From positions 52,390,001 through 52,454,000 of the forward strand of contig CM060732.1 of NCBI GenBank assembly GCA_030704615.1: a DNA stretch of 64,000 nucleotides. Reading direction: 5' to 3'. Made by a program: the position numbers and the translations under genes. Origin of the DNA: Takakia lepidozioides (taxonomy: Eukaryota > Plantae > Bryophyta). Numbering within the stretch: position 1 is the first letter of the stretch; each line of letters starts with the position of its first letter. The notes beneath the pieces were generated by a model. That model saw only the letters and a program-made list of their open reading frames with translations, was not told the DNA's origin and made no database searches. Positions 1 through 12,410 of the stretch are shown piece by piece.

Positions 1-689
1 AAAGGCTGGCCATTTGGCTATCCACACCAGCGTCGCCAGCCCTGCACCACAGTGTAGCAGATTGATATACAACTAAAGCGTGTGCAGGTTGTTTGTTTAC
101 AATGAGATAAGACTTGATGTGTTAAGCTCACATTCGGGAGTGGGTCTTCGACAAAATATGGAGGGACGGACTGATCTTTGCTAAGAAAGTATGAAAGACA
201 CTTTATGAAGCTGATTGGGAGTCCAAATGGCTTATGGTACAAATGCACACAGAGGTGTAGAGAAAAGATACTTCATAACGCCCACAAGGTGCCTTCAGGG
301 CCTGCAAGACAGTTTGGGTCTCACAAGGCCTATGCCAAACAATGGGAATCTGTAGAGAGTGTGTTGAGGGAGAAAGAGATGAATGATGTTCTCTGTGTGG
401 TCGACAGACAGCACAGGGAGATTGTCCACACTTGTTGTTTTATGGTCCCACTGGAGCAGTCAAGAAAACCCTTATTATGGCATTGCTCCAATAGATGTAT
501 TGCATCAGTGCTGAAAAGGTCTCTCTCTCTCTCTCATCTTGGGTAGAATATTAAGTGATTCTTTCCTATGGATATCCTGAAACTGACAAGTCTATACTTG
601 CTACAAAATTCATTCCCTGGCTAGGGCCTTGTGGGATTTATTGTGCCCATTTGCTGGTTTGAATCTAGGGTTTCAGAATCCTTACCCTG

Positions 690-1525
690 CAATTTGGTAT
701 GATCAAGTGTTCAGCAGAATGCCTCAACGATCTTTGATCACGTGGAATATAATGTTGGCAGGATTTACCAAGCAATGGGTGTGGTAGGAATGCTTCTGAT
801 CCCTGTCGATCAATAGCTACAGGAAACCTGCGTCAACTAGAAACAGCAGCGCAGCAGCACAGTTGATAAAACTAGGCACTGCTAATGAAGGCACCTTCTT
901 CAACACATTTCAGCCTGTTTTCCCCTGTTATCAGACTCCCTAAATTTTCAGGTTGAATTCTGCAAGTTAGCTCGTTGGTGGATCTATGGTGGGTTTGGAG
1001 TGATTTTGACATGTTACTGCCAATATGGCAACAGGAAAGTATCGAAGAGCAGATAACAGAGACGAAGAGAAGCTCTGGAATGAATATGTTTCTGACCACA
1101 GTCAAGGGTGGAACAATCGAGGCAAAAAGGTGAATGTCTGTTGGAAGCGCAAGTCAGCATAGGAACTAGTGTGATAAGTAGGGTTGGGGTGTTTACTAGA
1201 ACAAATCTAGGCTGTCATTGTCAGCTGCTAGCAGCAAGGCAAGGATGTATGCATGATTTGTACAGAGTATGGATAGCTGAAGGAGCAGGGATAGAGTTTA
1301 GGTCTGGAATGAATACTTTTATGACCCTAGTGCTTGTGTTGTGCTTGTGCAAGCCTGGCAGCCCTGGACAAGGGCAAAGAGGTCCATGGTGACATCATCA
1401 AAGCCGGAATTGTACCCGGTGGGCATGTATGCCAAATGTGGCAGCATTGAGGATGCAAAGGGAGTAGTTGACAATATGGCTGAATGAGGTATAGTGTCGT
1501 GGAGGGCGATGATCGCATGATATGG
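690..1525 (+). pseudogene. Chimeric PLS-type PPR fragments (~700-795 and ~1330-1525) interrupted by one copy of a ~500-bp repeated spacer unit
   Basis: QVFSRMPQRSLITWNIMLAGF and ASLAALDKGKEVHGDIIKAGIVP / MYAKCGSIEDAKG read with frameshifts; near-identical to segments at 29550-29800 and 27500-28360. Confidence 0.75.
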
Positions 1526-3739
1526 AGCTGCATGCCTTTTGCTTGATTTTCTTATGTAAGCTTGCTGCTTTTAATGTTGGGTGCTTGTTTCTGTGTATTC
1601 CTCAAAGCAGTGTTCCAACAATGTGGTCCCGTGCCATTGTATGCATGGAGTAGCGATTTGTCTTTGTACTGAGTTGCAATGTCTGTATTTCATGTTTATG
1701 TGTGCTCTGAGTGGATGTGTAACTGATTGCCTGTATTTGGTGTACTGCTGTTTCGGTGTGTGGTTACATTTTTCCTATGGTGCTTGTGGTTGTAGAGGAA
1801 ACACGATACTGTCATACCAGTCTAGAATATGTATTACTGCATGTATGTTTTTGTAAGGATAATGGTAGGAGTTTCAGTATAATGACATACATCCTTGCTT
1901 CAAGGTTACATGTATTAGTCCCCAACTTAGTTGGATGTTTGCAGATCTTATCAGTGTAGTTCATTTCACTGCACTTAATGTACCCCACTTGTATGCCTTG
2001 CCTTAATGTCTTCAGTGGCCTTCCTGCTTCATGGGCAATGTCTTCATAGATGTCGAGACATGGAAGCTACGTGGGCACTGACTCCTGGTTGCCTTTGTGC
2101 AGGAAGGTCGTATGAAAGTGGAAAGCAATTCCACAACGTGTACCTCTTTACTTAACAGGTTTCCATTCACAAAGAATATAGCTGCAAGAGGGACAATTGA
2201 TGCAGTACATGGATGACAATGTGGCTGTGCCAATCATAAGGGTTATGTGTGATATTGAACTCTCCTGGAGGTCATGTACTTATTACCCAGCAGAATACGT
2301 CTTTACGTCGACAAAATTCAGGTTTCATTCTCTGTACCAGCAGGATGTTGGCAGGATTCACCATTCCCCTTGTTGGCAACCTACTCAAATGGATAAGAGA
2401 CGAATAAAACTTGGTGGTTTATGCATTTTCTATTCAGTCTTTGGACCTTGGTATGCATGCTCTAGTGACTGCCTCCTCTGGTGCTCCAGCAGTGGTTCAA
2501 ACATGCTTTCACAGCTTCAACTTCAATTTTAACGCAATTTTCTAAGCCTCATCTGTAATATATGGAAGTTTAATTTGAAGTGCGACATCCATCTAATTAC
2601 CAAATTATATGCAGCCATTCACTGATAAAACTTGAGGAGAATATGCCAGATTCTTCTTGCAAAGAAAATGATAGGGGAAAATTCACATATTGACCTTGTT
2701 CCATGTGCATCACTACACTCACCTTCACAGCTGCAAATAACATCTCCTGCATGGATGATCAATGAAAACAATACTTCTATTATTGTACCACAAGCTTGAT
2801 ACTGCAAACTAAAGAATGCGGACCTTTGTTCTCAAAATACAATGATAACCGACTTAAAAGAGTCATATTCCCCTGTGAAGGGGTAGTACACAACTTTGAT
2901 GGCATCAAAGCATATTCACAACTCATGAAACAAGTGCTTCAACTGTGATGCAAGCAAGAGTTTTCAGGCAGCACCTCGGTGATCAGAACTGAAAAGGTGA
3001 GACCAATGCCATAAGTGTATTGGGTAATTCTGCTAGGGGTAACTCTGCTATTGACATAAGAACCAGCATGAGATCGTGCTCCAGCTTACCATGCCAAGGC
3101 ATGGAGTGTGGACACTATTGCAACACAAGTGCCATCACAATTTTTGTGATGACCCACAGATATAGAAACAGAAAGCTCCCTGTGTATATGAAACGAGGCA
3201 GTACCAAACAAGTATGTGCTCAACAGCTTGTTATTATTCATGCTTGAGCAGTTGAGGAGAAGTACTATTCCCTTTCACATATACACGCCACAATTTACAC
3301 TTTGCAAAACTTAGAAAGACTCAAGTTTACAAGCATTACTTGAAGACCAAAACTGCATGTATTCAACTTGGGCGGAAGCCACATTGTGGGTACAACGAAC
3401 ATCATTAGAAAGGAAGGCATGCATAGATTTCAGGCATGGGTCATTAGAGGAATATGTTGGGTTACATGCATACAAGCAATGGTAGTTGGCCACTCATTTT
3501 AGTGGTGCTTCTCACTGTGGAAGCCAAGAGAAGAATTTTTGTGTTCCTCCTCCACATTATGCAATGCCAACTCTGTCAGGTACGTACCCAGCCTCCCTCA
3601 TTTCCCCAGACAGTCTCTGTTTTTCAGCATAGATTGCATCAATTTGAGGATGCACTTGATCTTCTACATTGAATGCATGACTCCATTCTGATACCTCTGT
3701 CTTCCATTATTTTTCCCACCTATGTTGCATCGTTCCACC

Positions 3740-4060
3740 CGCCAGCATTGAGAACACAAATGAAAGTGACCTTGTTGGATGATACCCCTTCCTGTATCAT
3801 TTGCTTATAGCTTGTGAAAGCCTCCCTACCATCCCCATGCTGAGAATATCCTGCAATCATTGTGCATCCACCACACTCCTGCACTTGGCATACATGTTGA
3901 CAATGGTGTTGAGTAGAAAGATGCTTGATCATGTGAATCCACTTAGGATGATGTGAGCGTGCACCTGTTGTCCCACCTCTAGGTCTTTACTTTTATGCAC
4001 TGTCACAAGAGACAAACACAAGTACTGGAGTCTGCTGAAACACCTTCTGGATTCAATATG
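3740..4060 (-). pseudogene. Degraded PLS-type PPR gene fragment
   Basis: LEVGQQVHAHIILSGF, LLNTIVNMYAKC, MIAGYSQHGDGREAFTSYKQMIQEGVSSNKVTFICVLNA, with stops and deletions. Confidence 0.75.
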
Positions 4061-6399
4061 TGGAACACCTGATCTTTTTAGTCAACTTGCACTACATAGT
4101 GCCCTCAAATCCCAAGTACGAGAAGAGTTGATATTGACTCCCTTCCTTGGTCCTGCTTAGAAAGTAGGGGTTGTGGTGGAGGTTCTTGGTTCAGATAGTT
4201 GTGCCTGATTCAACTCTGCCATCCTGCATTACTGAAAACTCTTGCCAGAATCAGACTCACAGAATTTATGGTGTAGCAAAAACTACTTCAAAACATGATC
4301 TGATCTTCATGAGGACAACCTCCTTGCAGCATAGGTTTTTGGGTTGGGCACCCTTTCCAAATTGCAGCATCAGACAAATATACGAACTGGGTCAGCAACT
4401 GTCATAAGATCACCATCTGTTTAGGCATGGACTGCCACTTCTAATAGCTGCGTTCACATTGTATTGACAAAGTTACAGAACATATAGAAGATCCATTTCA
4501 CAACAATATATAAGAACTCTCGTCCTTTGAATATGCAACAGGTGGCTTAAGAATGACAACTAAGGAGACATCTTTGTACCTAGCAAAGGAGGGAGTGTCA
4601 TACTGGAAATGTCCTGACAATCCCCATCCACCACGCCTTGCCACATATTACCCCCTGGTTACTTGCAGATTCTCCAACCGACCATCTGTGGACGCACATT
4701 CTTTGTCGCTATCAACCCACAGTATCTCCTTGATGCTCCTGATCTTGAAATCTAGTGGATGGATCTGCACCCAACAAAAAAGAATAGATACTTCCCCTAG
4801 CCTTTTATAACATCCACAGCAAGCCCAGTGGCATGGCGTCTCCTGTATCACAAATCACCAAAAGTCAAATGTAACCTCTTAAACCAAGCAATCATAATAT
4901 CCTACATATGTATGCATAAGGGAAACTAGATTACCCTCAAACAATTTGCTTCAAGCGGCTGTACTTCACGAACTCACACATATTTGAAAGCACCAAGATG
5001 TCCAACCAGAGGCATCACCCCCTTCTCTAGCCCATGGATGTTCTGCACAGTCAATTGATCCCACTCACAAATAACACATTATCCAAAACAGCAGAAATGA
5101 ACAAACTGGCCCACAAGGGTGCGGATCCTCGACCATATTTCTTCCTGGTACAATACCAATATTTACCATTACATCAGCCCTCTAAACAAATTGGCACTGC
5201 CTGTGCAATACAGTTTTGGTATGTCTAGTTGAATTCACACCCAGTGGGTAAGAACCCCACAACCAACTTCAAGAGGGGTTACATCAGACACAGATATGTC
5301 CTAGCTGTAAGGTCCAAAGAATAGGCAATTATTACCTCTTGCTCTCTTTTTGCTCCTTGGCGGATGTCACCACTCTTGCCTTTCTCCCTTTTCTTCGGAG
5401 GTCGTGGTTTCCACTTCTTGGCTGAAAGAGTAACCGCCTGAAAGAGTCATGGAAGAAGGGGGCGCCATGGAACTCGGTTACTGGTACTGTATACAGACAC
5501 ATGAAACAGTGAACTCAAAACAATCCTTCAAACCTAAACAGGACTGTTACCCTAAACACTTCAAGGAAACAGTACTCGCAGCAAACTACAATGAAAACTG
5601 ATGTATACCTCTAGGAGAACCCCATGCTCAGATGTAGATATATGAGAGGGTTGTGCAGCCACCTATGAATCGACTGACTGAGGAAACTGTTGCCAAAAAC
5701 ACTCGTTGGACCCTACACATGACTGTTACTGGAAACAGTTAAAAGAAACAATACTTCCAGCAAATTTGTAAGGGCAGAAATGAAATGCTTGTATTCGAAT
5801 CCCAGGTTTTGAGATGCAGGTTTATTAAAGGGATGTGCAGCCATCTATGAATCGAGTAAAGGAAATGTCAAGAAGGTGACAAGCATGATTGTATACGTAC
5901 TTCTCTGGGTTTTGCTTCACCTCCTTCACCTCATTTGCAGACATGTCTCTCGGGAAGCAAGTCGAAGCATACACAAAAAGCACAACGTACTCTGTGAAAA
6001 TTCGTGATACAATGGCGAGTCCCCAATTTTGGAGACAGAATGAGGGGACGAAGACGCTGGGGAAAGGTGGTCAATCACCTTCATGACAACAAACATCCTC
6101 TAAACGACGTCCATTCGTTTTGGAGGTACATTCAATGCTGTTTCAAATTTGAAAATTTGAAATTTGAATGTTCACGATCTCCAATATGTGTGTCTATGCT
6201 CTAGGTAGGGCTGGTTCAAATTTATGTTCACGGGTCTCCAATATGTTTGTATGAGGAGGCATGTGAACACATGCAGGACTGTATGATGGCAAGGTCATGA
6301 TGCGATGGATGTATTCGTTGCATTCATGGGACATGCATGATGGATGCGTGCAATACAGCTCGTCAATGTGTGGCAGTGTTTTGACGAGCAAGGGACCAC

Positions 6400-6900
6400 G
6401 CGTGGGGGTGGCGGGTGGAGCGGGAGGGGGGCACATGGCGCGGTGACTGTGGGCCGCAGCGCTGCCGCGAGGGGGGGTCCAGGCGGAGGGCGTGGCTCTG
6501 TGGAAAAAAAATGATGAGATATGGCTAAATGATTAGACTTAGATGACATTGGACACTTGGGCATTGGACACTTGGGCCACCTGCACATGCTACCCTAGAG
6601 GTTGCACTTGGGCCTCCACATAGGAGACGCACTAGGATACATAGGAGATCTTGACATTGGACATTAAGGCCAACAAGCTATCCTAGAGGTCGCATTTGGG
6701 CCTCGACCTAGGAGACACACTTGTTGGATATATAGGCACTTGGACTTGGACTTAGATGACATTGGACACTTGGGCCAAAGGGACAGGCTATCCTAGCAAA
6801 GTGGGAGAAATATCAATGCAAAGGTCTCCGGTTCAAATCTGGTTGTACGCTCTGTGGAAAAAAATTGATTAGATATGACTTGCTTCATATAGGCACATGA
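6400..6900. repeat. GC-rich block followed by degenerate short tandem repeats (GACATTGGACACTTGGG-like); probable TE remnant
   Basis: Several copies of ggacacttggg/gacattgg at 6540-6790; ctctgtggaaaaaaa repeated at ~6496 and ~6850. Confidence 0.4.
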
Positions 6901-7648
6901 CCAAAGCTATGGGTTGATCGGTCGTAGGCACTATAACGGTCATAGGCCTGTTTACCCTATATGGTGTGCGGCTTTCTCATAAGTTCTGCATTCTTTAGAG
7001 CTGATTGAACTCACTAATAACATCCTACTCTTGTCACATTTGGATTGTTCATTAACTTGCATGGGCATTGACAGTCCAGATTAGGCATCCTCCATCCCTA
7101 TTATGCCTTATGAACCCACTCTAGAATCGCTTATAGGCCTACCTTTGACAGATCATAAAAAATTCATAAATAATCCAAAAAATATATTTCTTTCTCACAG
7201 TTAATAAGAATGCAAATGCCTTCATGCCACAATTGGTCCCATGTATAAAATCTGACAGTAATGCTTATTTCCACGGAATTGGCATATCTACCCTGTATCA
7301 TGAAGTAGATTGTGTTTCAGGTTTGAAGCTTAGGGAACTTTTCAGGAGCACCATGAGGACACCAAAGCACAACCCAACGTCTCCAAAGAGAAGGTGAGCG
7401 TTCATGTCTCACATAACATTGGTAGATTGATTCGATTTGTGAACATGACGGATATCCAAAATTATGAGCATTTTTATATTAATAATTTGAGAACCTCACT
7501 CAGTCATACGCACCTTGAATATCATGCCAGAAATATATAGACACCAAGCTGTATTGATTGCCGTTCAAACACTATGGCTGACAGTGCATAGAGTATGCAA
7601 TTCCGTTGCAATGTGCCAAGGCCATGACCAAGACCAAGATGTCCGGAC

Positions 7649-10044
7649 CAGTGTTGGTCGGGTACCATGTTTTGAGCCCTCTCCCGGTCCCGGTTATGGC
7701 ATACTCTTTGAAAAAAATGGATGGCCGGGGCAGGGTATACCAATAGGTTTGAAAAACATCTCGGTTACAGGTTCTCAATAAACACATGGATTTTTTTTTT
7801 GTCCGGTTCTCAATCTACAGGTTATGCCATCTTAAAAAATGCCGGTTCCATGGTACCGGTTATGGGATTCATCCACTTTTATTTATTTATTTATTTTCTA
7901 GCATTTTTGTGTATGTGTGTAAAACTATGATAAGCCACTAGAGTATTGATTGTGGGTCTCAGGTTCAAACGTTCAACCCTGTCATCTATCTCTCTGCCCC
8001 TCTAATACACTAAGCTAACAACTTACAACTATTGTCTTAGCCAAATGCCAAATGCCCAACTAATTAATTTCCTACTTGGACATTCTCATTAATGTTGTGC
8101 ATCTAATCTCCCCAACATTGTAATTTCATAACTACCATCACTAACCCTTACACTTGTATTATCTAGAACCGCCTCTACGCCATCCACATTTGCTCCGGAT
8201 CTTGCTCCGGGTATAACACCCTTAGGCCCCGGCCGCACCTGCCAATTAGTACGTCAATCAAGTTAGGTAATTGACGTTAGCGGCAGGGAGACGGCCGCAC
8301 ACGCCGTTTAAGAAGCCGGTTAGATAACCGGCAGATTAACAGATGTTAAACGCTGTAACGGGGAGAGGGCGAGATTTAACACCTCCTCCATGGAGGTGTT
8401 AAATCTTGGTCAACAATTAAAAATCGGGTAGTGGCGGAGAGGTTTTGCAGGTGCTAGACGCTCGCGATGGCGGAGAGAGTAGAGAGGTCCTTGCAGGGCA
8501 GGCGCTCGCGATGGCATAGAGTACAGAGGGGAGAGGCTCTTGCAGGCAGTGTGTGTCTCATTTTTTTTATCCAAAGATTGCAAGGGAGAGTGTAGGAGAG
8601 AGTGTAGCATGTCTTCCACAGACACCACAGGCACCACAGGTAGTGGTGATGGCTTTAGGGCTGGTTATGAACTCACCAAGATGCCTGGTTATGAACTCAC
8701 CAAACTTGACCTGCATTAATATAGTTGGAAGGTGGTTAGAATTCAGTGACCATCATGACATAGAATGTTGTAAAGCATGTCTGGTTATAGGTTTGATGAA
8801 AAGCTAGTGTGCTCATTCACCATTCCTTGGAAACACTACCTACTACGTAAGATTATGGGCTAAGTGTGGGTTGCACATGGTTCCTTGCACCAAGCTGAGG
8901 CCGATCCGAACGAACAGTAAATCATTTGTCTGATTAATCACCTCTTGCACTTACTACAATCAGAGGGCAAGAGAGACATCTCACCTAAAAAGTTGATGAG
9001 CAGTTGCTGGTGTAGTGGATGTTTTGCCAGTACCAGGAGCCCATAAAACAGTAGGTGTGGTAACTGCATGCATTTCCCCATTACCCAACTCAGCATTCTC
9101 CCTCCTTGTCAAGCCCCCTCAAATTCCACAAGCCAGACCATAAAATTAGCTTCAAGCAGGAGCATTCACATTGTGATTATCACAACAGCTTCATTAATGT
9201 AAAGGAGAAACGCACATTTCCAGTTTCCAGCGTGTTAGTGAGAGTCCGCACAACCTCCTCTTGATGTGCACGTCCTTTACCTGCCTGGGCCGACTGCCAT
9301 GATATCCAACCCCCTAAACTTAAGCTACTTCTTGCTCAAGTTTATTCAACTTGATGCGACTTGATTCAAGTTGCTGCACATATGCCTGTACCACACAACC
9401 AACCACCCCTCACTCTCAGCTAAAGACCTACATATGTTCATGGCATTCGGTGTCTACTTGTGCCACAGACTTGAAACTGAAGCATACAACACATGTATCA
9501 GCCTTTGATCCAAGAGAAAACTACCTTTTCCTGAGCGGGGAAGCTTCGTAACTCATGTGGAAAAAAAAAAACACCGTTTTGGAATGCAGTTGTGCGGCGC
9601 AGTGAGAAGCATCCATGCCAGTGACCAAGTAGAGAAGTACCAGTGAAGAAACAAGATTGCAGGGATTGCAGGGACGACTGTGGAGGCTGAACACGGGGAG
9701 AGAGAAAGTAGTTGGCGCGGGCAGGAAAGAAAACCGGGCAGCAGCACGGTTCGTTAACCGCGATGCCCAGTTAACTAGATGGCAGGTGCGGCTGGGTCCT
9801 TAATTAACTATCGGGCCGGTCACTTAACTGTCCAGTTAGCCGTCGGTTAGCTAACCGGCAGGTGCGGCCGGGGCCTTATAATCACCATGCCGGTTCTCTA
9901 GCCGGTTAGGAAGCTCGATTTTTTTTCCGGTTCCCTTCCATAGCCGGTTCATGCGGGGGCTGCACTTTCCGGTTATGCACATGTGCATAACCGGCAAATA
10001 ACCGCCGGATATGCATGTCAAGATGCCATACCCGGCCAACACTG
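7649..10044. mobile_element. Non-autonomous hAT DNA transposon (~2.4 kb)
   Basis: TIRs CAGTGTTGGTCGGGTA (7649) and TACCCGGCCAACACTG (ending 10044); 8-bp TSD GTCCGGAC (7641-7648) vs GTCAGGAC (10045-10052), 7/8 match; CCGGT-rich subterminal repeats. Confidence 0.85.
8225..9875. mobile_element. Non-autonomous PIF/Harbinger-like element nested inside the hAT element
   Basis: 19-bp TIR GGCCCCGGCCGCACCTGCC / GGCAGGTGCGGCCGGGGCC; 3-bp TTA TSD at 8222-8224 and 9876-9878. Confidence 0.85.
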
Positions 10045-10724
10045 GTCAGGACACACTCTTTGAACTTCCTCACATATTGTACTCTTTATATCTCCTTGCG
10101 TCAACCAGCCTTCAAACTCCACCTATCATTAAAGAAAACCCAAACATGAGAAAAATACTGTGTCTGGCTCTCTTGTTCACAGCATTTACGACACCTACGA
10201 GGGTTGAACCGATGCTTTCATTCAATGTACTGACACCGAATATCCAATCTGTAATACAAACATGATTGGCCTTTGGAGTTTCCAGTTGGCAGTCAGTCAC
10301 ACCAGCTTCAGCAGAGAAATGGAGTCAGTGAACTTTTTCACTGTACTTACATGCGCCCAAGTTCGACCAAAGGAGAGGAAAAAGGTTTCGGTGAAAAAGG
10401 AGCACGATGTGGATTACTAAATTCCCTGAGAGGATGCTCCAGTCATGGGGACTCGTGATCGAAGAAGTTGTGCAAAACAATAGAGAGGGAGAGAGATTGA
10501 GACAAGCAGCAAAAAACATGATGATGGAGTGAATTTTTGAAGACCCAGTCGAGGCATATGATATTACAACACCGACCTGTGATTGATGGTGCATGGGTTG
10601 ACTGGGAAGAGGTCATTCTACTTGAAGAGAGAAAATGTTGAGCTCATGGCATGGGGATCCATAAGGATTTCGTCATCTGTGTCAACTGCCTTGTCATCTT
10701 CAGGGGGAATGACCACTGCTCCCA

Positions 10725-10950
10725 TTGCTCCACCCTCATGTTGAAGGGTGCACATACACTACAAACGTGATGTGGTCAGGCTTCACCCCTTCCCCCATCA
10801 TTTGCTCATGGGTCTCCAAAGCCTCCATCCCGCGCCCTTGTTGTGCATACCCTGCAAGCATCGCGTTCCACGACACCACATCTCATTCAGCCAGAGTGTT
10901 GAAAACTCCCTTCGCATCCTTCATGCACCCACATTTGGCAAAACATTGAA
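10725..10950 (-). pseudogene. PLS-type PPR fragment, same family as 31000-31480
   Basis: [60 protein letters not shown]; the in-frame stop corresponds to CGA in the 31.4 kb copy. Confidence 0.8.
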
Positions 10951-12410
10951 CTGCAACAATCAAGACTTCCTCACAAGACATATACAGAGATTGGCCTATT
11001 CCCTTTCAAATATGAGCAAACAAACATACAGAGTGCTCTTAGAACCTTGCAGACATACCCCAGCATCCTGGAAGGAATTTTGTGCAGTTGGCATTTGAAT
11101 CACCATGGCTGATTATAGTGAAGAGCTTTAATGAACTAATGGACGCATAATTTTTTTGGGCTAATGGTGGGGGCTCCGTGTACTTCCGGCTTGGCTCCAT
11201 GGGCATCATCCATGTGTCCCAAATGAAGGTGCAGTTGCCCAGTAGAGAGGCTTCAAGATAAGAGGCTTGAAAATAGAAACCACACCCACTAAATGACACG
11301 GATACTCTGTATCAGCGTTGCGGACCAAGAAGTGTATGGCAGCTTACTTGCATGAGGCACTGGTTATCAAGTAGACCTTGCGGTAAGGCTTGGCAAAAAG
11401 CTTGGCTTCCTCCTTTAGGAATTCCAGAGGCCATGCTCCCCACACAAACTGTACATACAGCACTCCGCTCCCTTCATCGTAGTAATGCTTCAGATTTCCT
11501 GTGCGTTCTTTTGGCGGCCTCGCTCATCTTCTTGAATATGAGGACTTCTATTAGGGTTCGAGTTGCTACGAAGCCCAACTTGAGAATCAGGGGATGGAAA
11601 GGTGAAAGAGCCGTGGTAGCTACCAATTCCTCCACGCCCAGGGGTAGGACGACGAAGGCCAGGCTTTTGCGAACAAGAGAGCAGGGAAGAAGAAACAGCA
11701 ATCACCGGACTTTATTAGTGGCTGTTACTGGTTAAAAATATATTTCACAAAAGCAAAAAATAATACAATAATATTAACTAGTGAAGGTATATCTGTTATG
11801 TTTGGGTGTTTTTCGGTGAAGGTATATCAGGATCATCCATCTTTTCAACATTGATGCATGGTCTCCTCTTGAGGGAGGAGCCAACAAACACCCCCTATAC
11901 AAAAAATGTACTCACCAAACTTTGGTAATCCACTTCCAGACGATTGCCTTCAGTTCATTCGTTCATACACACTGCTTTCTCTCTTAGTGGCCACCTCTAC
12001 CATCAATTTGGGCTTCCATTGCCTGAAGGGAAAAAACAACAACGATTGTCCCTTCTCCGCCCTGCAGCCTCATTCCAATGAAACTATACACAATTCAGAG
12101 GCCAACTTGGGTACTGATGAGGGGGAGCCTTTGTACATGTATACTGGTTGCTTAATTTACCATGTGCATGTTTGCCCTATGCCACCATCAAAGGCCAGAG
12201 GATTCATTACCGCATCAAGGACTCGAGAACTTCCATCACTAAATTTTGATCCTCGAGTGCATTGAACTGCTGGGCTGGAAAAGTCCTTGACAACATGTTG
12301 ACTTCAACTTCCATTGTGTACTATACTGTCTCGCACAAATTGGGTCCTGTGCAGCCTACAGCAAGTGGTGCATTCAGTCGCCTGAAAGAAACATTTGGGA
12401 AATCTAAATG

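Noticed and set aside
4100-5900. Retroelement gag or other coding region
   Set aside because: No recognisable motifs; only short AAACAGT-type repeats near 5500-5760
6820-7980. tRNA B-box-like GGTTCAAA motifs at ~6830 and ~7962
   Set aside because: No convincing A box, cloverleaf or TSD
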